Shown here: piece by piece, positions 1 to 5,953 of the stretch
How positions within the stretch are numbered: position 1 is the stretch's first letter
Layout of the letters: the number at the start of each line of letters is the position of its first letter
Assembly: GCA_002779075.1 (NCBI GenBank)
Contig: PEXK01000046.1
Span: 604 to 9,701 of the forward strand
Source: Candidatus Diapherotrites archaeon CG08_land_8_20_14_0_20_30_16
GTDB taxonomy: Archaea > Iainarchaeota > Iainarchaeia > Iainarchaeales > 0-14-0-20-30-16
Direction: 5' to 3'
Length of the DNA stretch: 9,098 nucleotides
Translations under genes and position numbers: made by a program
Notes under the pieces: model-generated
Told to the model about the DNA's origin: nothing
The model's input: the letters and a program-made list of their open reading frames with translations, nothing else
Databases searched by the model: none

Positions 1-30
1 AGTAGATAATCAAATAACTCCTTTTAAAAT

Positions 31-134
31 GAGAAAAATAAATCCTATTTCTTTTTTCTTTTTTAACAACAAAATATAACCCAGTTCATTTGAAACGAGA
101 AGTATAAAACCTGTTTCTCTTTTCTTTTTTTAAC
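31..134. repeat. Two-copy imperfect direct repeat (31-67 and 97-134, period 66 nt). Each copy is a GAGAA..ATAAA.CCT.TTTCT core, then an oligo-T tract, then TTTTAAC.
   Basis: Hand alignment of gagaaaaataaatcctatttct against gagaagtataaaacctgtttct gives 18/22 identical. Both cores are followed by a T-rich run ending in ttttaac. Each core can form a weak hairpin (for example gagaa...ttctc in copy 2) ahead of the T-tract. That is terminator-like for a + strand gene ending at or left of the window edge. Confidence 0.6.
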
Positions 135-162
135 TTTTAACAAATGAGTTGTTAAAAAAGTT
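132..162. terminator. Inverted repeat / terminator candidate in the convergent intergenic region just beyond the nre stop codon
   Basis: AACTTTTAACAA (132-143) is complementary to TTGTTAAAAAAGTT (149-162) with a 2-nt bulge and the loop ATGAG. It lies 10 nt beyond the minus-strand stop (172-174). On the minus strand it provides a T6 tract (154-159), the usual archaeal termination signal. Confidence 0.4.
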
Positions 163-171
163 GCAGAATAA

Positions 172-1305
172 TTAAAAAAAATCATTCAACCTATTTTGCT
201 TAAACAAAAATGATGCATCGATATATTTCTTCAAATTGTATTTTAAATGTTTTTCAATATATGTTAAAACTTCCACTTTGGAGTTAAATATCTTTGACTG
301 TTTAGTCATTGCTGATCTTACATTTTCTCGCACTTGCCAAACACCAATAGGTATTGAATAATCATCATATATTTCTCTAATTACTAATACTCTTGCCTGC
401 TTCTTGTTTCTGTGTAAATATTCTATAATGGGAAGTCTTGCAGCATAATATCCTCCAGCTTGCAATTCTGCATAGTTTGTTCTTCCTAGAAAACCTTCAT
501 ACTCATGGTTGTATCCAAATTTTCCCCATTCACTTTGACTGGGCCACAATTCAAACTGTTCATATTCCCAATTTCCTTTTGCCAAAACAATAACAAACCT
601 GTTGTGTAGAAATTCATTTTCAAAAACATAATAAGAATCTATATGTTCAAATTCTCTAATATCAATTAACAATTTCTTTGCTAAAGTGTCATCTATTGCT
701 GTTATACTCTGCCTTGTTGTAACAAACTTTTTATCTAGCCCTAAATTTCCTGCACTGAAAATCTTTGTTAAATAATAATTATCAAAACCATACTCACCCA
801 ATATATAGATACTCTCTATTGCTTTTTGGTTTTCTTGTAATACTTGGTCTACCTGCCAAGGTATTTTAGGATTTCCAATTAAGTGGAGATCTTTGATCTT
901 TGCTTTGAAACCTATTGGCTGTAAAATAGAATCCGGTTCAAAATTGTAATGAATAGCATCAAAACTTACATCTAGTTCTACATCATTTTTTGTAAGAGAT
1001 AATTCCTGTATATCCTGCGTCTTTACATTTGGTTTCTCAATTGTTATTTTATATGGGTTCAATCCTAAGACGAGATCTTCAACTATTTCTTTGTATGTTT
1101 TCTTATACTCTTTTTGAGGATCAAACTTTCCAAATACAGGTCCTAATTTCAAACCTGACTGTCCAGGCATAACCAAAACATTTGATGTTTTATCCAAAAT
1201 ACTATGTTTAATCCTTTCCTGCCTTTCTTTAATTTTTGGCAAAAGGTTTGCATAGAAATCATGTTTTCTTTTTTCTACTCTTTCTTTTGAACTTATTTCT
1301 TGCAT
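172..1305 (-). CDS. nreA: Archaeal Nre-family DNA repair protein (NreA-like, PCNA-interacting)
   Basis: 377-aa ORF. The blocks AELQAGGYYAARLPIIEYL and IPIGVWQVRENVR match my recollection of conserved Nre N/C-domain blocks (COG1602). The extreme C-terminus QNRLNDFF is a canonical PIP box (QxxLxxFF), as in characterised NreA. An AGGT lies about 9 nt upstream of the ATG, and the gene is only 8 nt from the upstream gene. The family call is from memory, not a search. Confidence 0.6.
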   Translation of the reverse strand: MQEISSKERVEKRKHDFYANLLPKIKERQERIKHSILDKTSNVLVMPGQSGLKLGPVFGKFDPQKEYKKTYKEIVEDLVLGLNPYKITIEKPNVKTQDIQELSLTKNDVELDVSFDAIHYNFEPDSILQPIGFKAKIKDLHLIGNPKIPWQVDQVLQENQKAIESIYILGEYGFDNYYLTKIFSAGNLGLDKKFVTTRQSITAIDDTLAKKLLIDIREFEHIDSYYVFENEFLHNRFVIVLAKGNWEYEQFELWPSQSEWGKFGYNHEYEGFLGRTNYAELQAGGYYAARLPIIEYLHRNKKQARVLVIREIYDDYSIPIGVWQVRENVRSAMTKQSKIFNSKVEVLTYIEKHLKYNLKKYIDASFLFKQNRLNDFF

Positions 1306-1313
1306 AACTATAC

Positions 1314-2147
1314 CTAAATTAAATGATTCACAATACTGAAAAGATCTCTCAAACCTGTTGCAAAACCAAATAAAGTAATGAAAAGCAAAATATAATTCTT
1401 TTTATTCTCACTCATGTTAGAATTCCGTAAAATAATTATAACAACAATCACAAGAATCAATTTTATCAGAGGAAAAACCCAATTACCAATACTTTGTATA
1501 ACAAAATTGCTTACAACATGCTGTTCTCTAAAATAAGGATAGAAAGTCAACGCAGAAAACGTTGCAATACCATCAGTTAATTGTGCAGTTATTGCAAGAG
1601 TTTCAAAAGCATTTAATTTGAATTTGATGACATAAAAAATTAAATAAATTAATGCGCTTATTCCTAAAATGCATAAAATTATTAAAAAGAAATCCAAAAC
1701 AAAAGTCATCTTACACAAAAAGAAAATAAATAAAACTATTGCAATTGGTATTGTAATTGAAAATAATAAATACTTCTGGTTTACTCCATACTTTTTTTTC
1801 AAAAAGCAAGTTATTCCCAATAATAGCAAAGCAAAAGCTACTAATAACAAATAAACCCCTGGAGTAATAAAATAGAAACCCATTTCTAAAGGATTTGCTG
1901 AACGTGAAAACCATTGCAATGTAGAATATGATTCTTCTGCAACCCTTAGCATCGCTCCAATAAAAATTATTGAAAGGGTATACAAAAAGAAATGCAGATC
2001 CAATTTCCCATACCATCTTTTTACTAAGGGAAGTAAAACAAAGAAGAAAAGCACTAGTGCCAGAATAACATATGCAAAAGTATTAACTATATTATACCCT
2101 GCATCCTCAGTTATTGTCTTTCCAAAAGAATCATAAAAGAAACCCAT
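1314..2147 (-). CDS. Polytopic integral membrane protein (~8 predicted TM helices), function unknown. Its size and topology are reminiscent of archaeal DUF63-type proteins.
   Basis: 277-aa ORF with about eight hydrophobic 20-25 aa segments separated by short charged loops. The start codon lies about 26 nt from a TATA-like box. It is co-oriented with nre and 8 nt upstream of it. The DUF63 resemblance rests on length, topology and the N-terminal GYNIVNT motif only. Confidence 0.8.
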   Translation of the reverse strand: MGFFYDSFGKTITEDAGYNIVNTFAYVILALVLFFFVLLPLVKRWYGKLDLHFFLYTLSIIFIGAMLRVAEESYSTLQWFSRSANPLEMGFYFITPGVYLLLVAFALLLLGITCFLKKKYGVNQKYLLFSITIPIAIVLFIFFLCKMTFVLDFFLIILCILGISALIYLIFYVIKFKLNAFETLAITAQLTDGIATFSALTFYPYFREQHVVSNFVIQSIGNWVFPLIKLILVIVVIIILRNSNMSENKKNYILLFITLFGFATGLRDLFSIVNHLI

Positions 2148-2168
2148 ATTAGTATAATATATATATTG

Positions 2169-2178
2169 TTTTTAAATT
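2169..2178. promoter_or_regulatory. Shared TATA-like element (TTTTTAAATT) in the 50-bp divergent intergenic region
   Basis: Its centre (~2173.5) lies 24-25 nt from the + strand ATG (2198) and 26-27 nt from the - strand ATG (2147). That is the archaeal TATA-to-TSS distance in both directions and implies leaderless transcripts on both sides. Confidence 0.4.
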
Positions 2179-2197
2179 ATGGCATATATATCTTATT

Positions 2198-3223
2198 ATG
2201 ACTAATTTTATTAAGGTGCCAAAACTAGAAGCAGATAAAGCAAGAAATGCATTAATGGAGCACAACTTATATCTAAAAGGCATCAAAACCCAAAATGACA
2301 AAGAATTTGTTTATTTTCCTGTTATTAAGAAGGGATTTAAAACAAAAGAATTGAAAAAGTATAAGGTAGTTACAAAGAAATCAAAAGAATATTCTACAAC
2401 TAAATCTTTTAGGGATATTTTGGTTGATGATTTGCACATAAAAGATTATATTGCATCATACGATACTGTTGGGGGTATAGCAATTTTAAAAATGACACCT
2501 GAAATGAAAAAGAAAGAAAAAGAACTGACACATTTATTTCTTCAAAACAATCCTACTATAAAAACATTAGTTAAAAAAGCATCGGAACATCATGGCAAAT
2601 ACAGATTAGAAGATGTTAAATACTTAGCAGGAAAAAAAACTCTAAAAACTCAAGTTAAAGAATCTGGCTGTATATTCAATATTGAATTAGGAAAGATGTT
2701 TTTCTCGCCTAGACTTTCTTTTGAAAGAGAAAGACTGGCACAGAAAGTAAAAGATGGAAGTACAATAGGCGTTTTCTTTGCTGGTGTAGGTCCATTTTCA
2801 ATTGTTATTGCAAAGAAAAATCCTAATTGCAAGATTTATAGTATAGAATTAAACAGAGAAGCACATAAATGTGCAAAAGAAAATCTAGCCCAAAATAAAA
2901 TAAAGAATGTAAGGGTTGTTTGTGCAGATGTTGCAAAATATGCTCAAAAGATTAAAGATTTGTGTGATTATATAATAATGCCTTTACCAAAAACTAGCGA
3001 CTTGTTTTTGGAGTCAGCATACACAGCAATAAAAAAGAAACCTGAAGGACAAATAACTCTTTACAAATTTGTTCCTAAAGCATCCCTGTATAAAGATTTA
3101 ATAAATGAATTGAAATTGTTTGCTAAGAAGAAAAAGAAAAAGTTAAAAGTCATTTTCAAAAGAGAAGTTCGAGATTACAATCCAAAGATAGTTCAAATAG
3201 TAATTGATTTTAAATTTGTGTGA
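2198..3223 (+). CDS. trm5: tRNA (guanine37-N1)-methyltransferase Trm5 / Taw2-Taw22 class (Met-10+ family)
   Basis: 341 aa. FFSPRLSFERERL, then the FFAGVGPFSIVIAKK SAM-binding motif, then IYSIELN and IIMPLPK (the NLPK catalytic-loop equivalent), all in the order and spacing seen in archaeal Trm5. From sequence alone I cannot tell Trm5 (m1G37) from the Taw2/Taw22 wyosine-pathway paralogues. Confidence 0.9.
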   Translation: MTNFIKVPKLEADKARNALMEHNLYLKGIKTQNDKEFVYFPVIKKGFKTKELKKYKVVTKKSKEYSTTKSFRDILVDDLHIKDYIASYDTVGGIAILKMTPEMKKKEKELTHLFLQNNPTIKTLVKKASEHHGKYRLEDVKYLAGKKTLKTQVKESGCIFNIELGKMFFSPRLSFERERLAQKVKDGSTIGVFFAGVGPFSIVIAKKNPNCKIYSIELNREAHKCAKENLAQNKIKNVRVVCADVAKYAQKIKDLCDYIIMPLPKTSDLFLESAYTAIKKKPEGQITLYKFVPKASLYKDLINELKLFAKKKKKKLKVIFKREVRDYNPKIVQIVIDFKFV

Positions 3224-3228
3224 GAAAT

Positions 3229-4011
3229 ATGGTTAATCCAATTTCAAGATTAGGCCTGGCAGAACAAAGACCAAGACCAAAGATTGTTTTAGTATATGGC
3301 GTTCATTTAAATGAAAAGGCAGTAACAGAATATCTTGCAACAAAACTAAAACAGTTATTAGAAGCAAGAGGCTTTGATGTTGAAGTTAAAGAATTTCCAA
3401 AAGAAAAAACAATACATGCATTAGCAGAAACTAAAAAACAAATTAATAAACCATTAGAAACAGAAGAATTGAGTAGATTATTTGAAGATGCATATTTAGA
3501 ATGGAAAGAATATATGACTAAACTTTCACAAAACTGTGATTTTATAATAGATTTACACAATAGTTCCACATTTAGAGATTTGATATTAAAAAAATCTAAA
3601 TTTTTTTCTGGAAGAGCCGTTCCAGTTACTAAATTCTTTAAAAGCGATCCAACAAATCCATTAACCCTTTATTATGATGAAAAATTAAAAATAAATCTTG
3701 TTATGTTAGAAATGCCAGCAAAATATAAATTAGCAAGATATACCTGGCAAGAAATTTCACATCCATGGCATAGACAATCTCCTGATTATTTTAAAATTGA
3801 AGCTGATTTGTCAGCAACAATAAAAGCAGGATTTTTGTCTTCTATTGTAATTGCAAAATTTGCACATTTAATTGATACAACAGTTAAAACAAGATTAGGA
3901 ATTTATCACACTCCTAGAACACTACCATTTAAACCAAAAGCAGATAAAGAAACCGCTAAAAGAATTGAAATGCAAAGAAAATTAAGAAGAGAAAGAATGA
4001 GACCTAGGTGA
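3229..4011 (+). CDS. Divergent M14 / AstE-AspA-like (predicted zinc deacylase/carboxypeptidase type) protein with a C-terminal Arg/Lys-rich tail. Function unknown.
   Basis: ORF-track frame 3220..4011. I prefer ATG 3229 (preceded by GTGA, SD-like) over GTG 3220. In ORF-track residue numbering, the motifs and their order are: beta-strand KIVLVYGVHLNE (HxxE, H29/E32), then FIIDLHNS (H113), then VMLEMP (E164). This matches the HxxE...H zinc ligands plus late catalytic Glu of M14/succinylglutamate-desuccinylase-type enzymes. HLNE replaces the usual HGNE. The last 26 aa (KPKADKETAKRIEMQRKLRRERMRPR) are strongly basic. Confidence 0.55.
   Translation: MVNPISRLGLAEQRPRPKIVLVYGVHLNEKAVTEYLATKLKQLLEARGFDVEVKEFPKEKTIHALAETKKQINKPLETEELSRLFEDAYLEWKEYMTKLSQNCDFIIDLHNSSTFRDLILKKSKFFSGRAVPVTKFFKSDPTNPLTLYYDEKLKINLVMLEMPAKYKLARYTWQEISHPWHRQSPDYFKIEADLSATIKAGFLSSIVIAKFAHLIDTTVKTRLGIYHTPRTLPFKPKADKETAKRIEMQRKLRRERMRPR
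4006..4011 (+). promoter_or_regulatory. Shine-Dalgarno AGGTGA for the methyltransferase gene, containing the upstream gene's TGA stop
   Basis: AGGTGA matches the SD complementary to the archaeal 16S 3' end. It is followed by 5 nt and then ATG 4017. The identical AGGTGA-N5-ATG architecture recurs at 8388-8401. Confidence 0.6.
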
Positions 4012-4016
4012 AATAA

Positions 4017-5180
4017 ATGCGTAAGAAAGAACTTTGGAGCACATTTAGAGGAAATAATAACTTCCCAGTATATAACTGGTTTTATTTTACTGAGGCCTAT
4101 TCTCGCGGTTTGGTGCGAGAGGTTATTTTGAAAAATCCTGTAAAATCAAAAGAGCCAATACTCTATGATCCTTTTTGCGGTACAGGAACAAGTTTGTTAG
4201 TGGGTAGGGAATTTAATTTTCAAACATATGGAACAGACATATCCTATTTAATGTATTTAGTTTCGAAAGGCAAATGTCTAAACTTCAATGTAAATAAATT
4301 ACAAGAACTGTTACCTAAAATATTAGAGATAAAGAAAGAATCAATTACATTAAACAAAGAATATCAATGGATAAAAAAATATTTTCACAATGAAAATCTG
4401 CAACAAATTCTCAAAATAAAAGAGAACATTGAGGGTATCAAAGAAAAAGAAAAATTCTTTTTCTATGTTTGCTTGTTACGTACTGCAGAAATAGTAAGTA
4501 AGGCAAGAAAACAAGGCTCAGACCTGCGAATCAGAAAAATACCACTAATTGATGCTATCAAAAAATTCCAAAAGATTTTTGATTCTTTTTTAAAAGAATA
4601 TTGCAAGTTTAATAAAAAGAATCCTTGCGAAAAAGAACCAGAAATACTTTGTGAAAATTGTCTAACCTTCTACAAAACGCATACAGAACTGTTCGATTAC
4701 ATAATATGCTCACCCCCCTATTTGAACAAAACAGAATATACAAAACGATTTGGAATTGAATTAGCAATATTAGGCAAAGAAACTATACTACAAGGACACA
4801 TAGGTCACATTAAATACAGTGTAAAAGAAAACAAAGATTGGATATACACAAAACAGTTTGCAAAAGAATTGGCACAAATAAAAAAAGAGGATTACAAACA
4901 CGAAGAATATGATGCTAATGAATATTTCAAACAATTGGAAATATTTGTTGGAGAAAGCATCAAACACCTCCACAAAAATGGTGTTCTTGCTATTGTAATT
5001 GCTGGCGGTGTAATTGGAAACACAATATTTGACATTTACGATTATATGCAAGATCTTTACATAAACAATAAATTAGATATTGTAGATATTAAGATAAATA
5101 GAGAAATCACTTGCAACCTACATCGCACTACAAATATGGGGCAAATAAAAGAATTTACTATAGTAGGACGGAAAGAATGA
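4017..5180 (+). CDS. SAM-dependent N6-adenine/N4-cytosine-type methyltransferase (motif I before motif IV, gamma-like order) with a large insertion. No partner nuclease is evident.
   Basis: 387 aa. Motif I is DPFCGTGT (aa 51-58, nt 4167-4190). Motif IV is SPPY (aa 232-235, nt 4710-4721) in DYIICSPPYLNKTEY. A later LHKNGVLAIVIAGG strand follows. About 175 aa, mostly Lys/Glu-rich and probably helical, separate motifs I and IV. Confidence 0.8.
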   Translation: MRKKELWSTFRGNNNFPVYNWFYFTEAYSRGLVREVILKNPVKSKEPILYDPFCGTGTSLLVGREFNFQTYGTDISYLMYLVSKGKCLNFNVNKLQELLPKILEIKKESITLNKEYQWIKKYFHNENLQQILKIKENIEGIKEKEKFFFYVCLLRTAEIVSKARKQGSDLRIRKIPLIDAIKKFQKIFDSFLKEYCKFNKKNPCEKEPEILCENCLTFYKTHTELFDYIICSPPYLNKTEYTKRFGIELAILGKETILQGHIGHIKYSVKENKDWIYTKQFAKELAQIKKEDYKHEEYDANEYFKQLEIFVGESIKHLHKNGVLAIVIAGGVIGNTIFDIYDYMQDLYINNKLDIVDIKINREITCNLHRTTNMGQIKEFTIVGRKE

Positions 5181-5911
5181 AAATATTACTTGTTTTAATT
5201 GGAGTTCTTACTGTTGCATTAATAATTACATTATCTTTAACAATATTTGATAGTAATAGCAATAATAAAATAATTAATTCAAATGATAATAAACTAATTC
5301 TGTCTGACAATAATGTTATTGATACAAATAAAACACAATACATAGGCAATTTTCATACACATACTGATTGCTCTGATGGTGAAGACACCTATGATGAAAT
5401 GATTCAAGAATCTGTTAGATTGAATTTTGATTTTATTGCAATAACAGATCATGAAATATGTCTAAAAAACCAAGAATTGTGTGCAAATGAAAAGAGAATT
5501 CTGTGCATTCCTAGCCAAGAAGTAAGCACAAACAAGGGTCACATATTAGCAATAGACATCTCAGAAGAAATATCTGATGAACTATCTATTGAAGAAGTAA
5601 TAAAAGAGATACACAATCAAAATGGAATTGCAATTGCTGCACACCCATTAAGAGAAGGAAATATTATCGAAGAATCTAAATTGAAATTATTTGATGCAAT
5701 AGAATGCAATCATCCTAGTTATGATAATAAAGAAATACAAAAATCAAAAGAATTAGCACAGAAATATGGGTTAAACTGCACATATGATTCTGATGCACAC
5801 TCAAAAAATAGTCTAAAAAACATATACAACATTTGTGAAATGAATATTTTGAATGTAGAACAAATGAAAAAAGCAATAAAAAACGGGAATTGCCATCAAA
5901 ATTCTAGTTAA
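5177..5911 (+). CDS. Membrane-anchored PHP-domain metal-dependent phosphoesterase (TrpH/COG0613-like)
   Basis: The track ORF starts at 5111 inside the methyltransferase gene. The in-frame ATG at 5177 forms an ATGA overlap with the methyltransferase stop and begins MKILLVLIGVLTVALIITLSL, a signal-anchor/TM segment. PHP motifs present: NFHTHTDCSDG, ITDHE, GHILA, AAHP, IECNHP, DSDAHS. An Asn/Ser-rich linker joins the TM segment to the PHP domain. Confidence 0.85.
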   Translation: MKILLVLIGVLTVALIITLSLTIFDSNSNNKIINSNDNKLILSDNNVIDTNKTQYIGNFHTHTDCSDGEDTYDEMIQESVRLNFDFIAITDHEICLKNQELCANEKRILCIPSQEVSTNKGHILAIDISEEISDELSIEEVIKEIHNQNGIAIAAHPLREGNIIEESKLKLFDAIECNHPSYDNKEIQKSKELAQKYGLNCTYDSDAHSKNSLKNIYNICEMNILNVEQMKKAIKNGNCHQNSS

Positions 5912-5953
5912 ATATTTAAATATAATCTATTTATATTATATAAAGGAATAAAA

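Noticed and set aside
1-171. Possible tRNA or CRISPR remnant in the left intergenic region (AAATCC / GTTCA T-loop-like fragments and repeated units)
   Set aside because: There is no G+C-rich acceptor or anticodon stem and no cloverleaf can be drawn. Only two imperfect repeat copies exist, with T-tract tails, and no cas genes are present. Terminator-like elements fit better.
1669-2016. Track ORFs 1669..1854 (+) and 1711..2016 (-) inside the membrane-protein gene
   Set aside because: Both lie entirely within the 1314..2147 (-) gene, which has a coherent 8-TM pattern. Their translations are low-complexity (Lys/Ile/Phe runs) with no motifs. They are typical shadow ORFs in AT-rich DNA.
5111-5176. 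N-terminal extension of the PHP ORF from ATG 5111 (MQPTSHYKYGANKRIYYSRTER)
   Set aside because: It lies wholly inside the 3' end of the methyltransferase gene in another frame. The ATG at 5177 gives a classic ATGA stop/start overlap and places the hydrophobic anchor at the N-terminus.
3991-5180. The 10-nt direct repeat GAAAGAATGA at 3991-4000 and 5171-5180, bracketing the methyltransferase gene (a possible insertion scar or target-site duplication)
   Set aside because: Purine-rich 10-mers recur by chance many times in 9 kb of AT-rich sequence. The flanks do not extend the match, and no integrase, transposase or terminal inverted repeats are present.
2650-5349. Antisense track ORFs 2650..2832, 3303..3569, 4788..5051 and 5158..5349 (all on the - strand)
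   Set aside because: Each lies opposite a + strand gene with strong family motifs (Trm5, ORF4, methyltransferase, PHP). They have no recognisable motifs and no start-site signals, so I treat them as antisense shadows.
2427-5600. Scattered perfect C-box-like ATGATGA / CTGATGA heptamers inside coding regions (for example ~2427, ~3675, ~5392, ~5575)
   Set aside because: All lie within well-supported CDSs. None has a matching D box at sRNA-appropriate distance or terminal complementarity. Such heptamers are expected by chance in Asp/Glu/Met-rich, AT-rich coding sequence.
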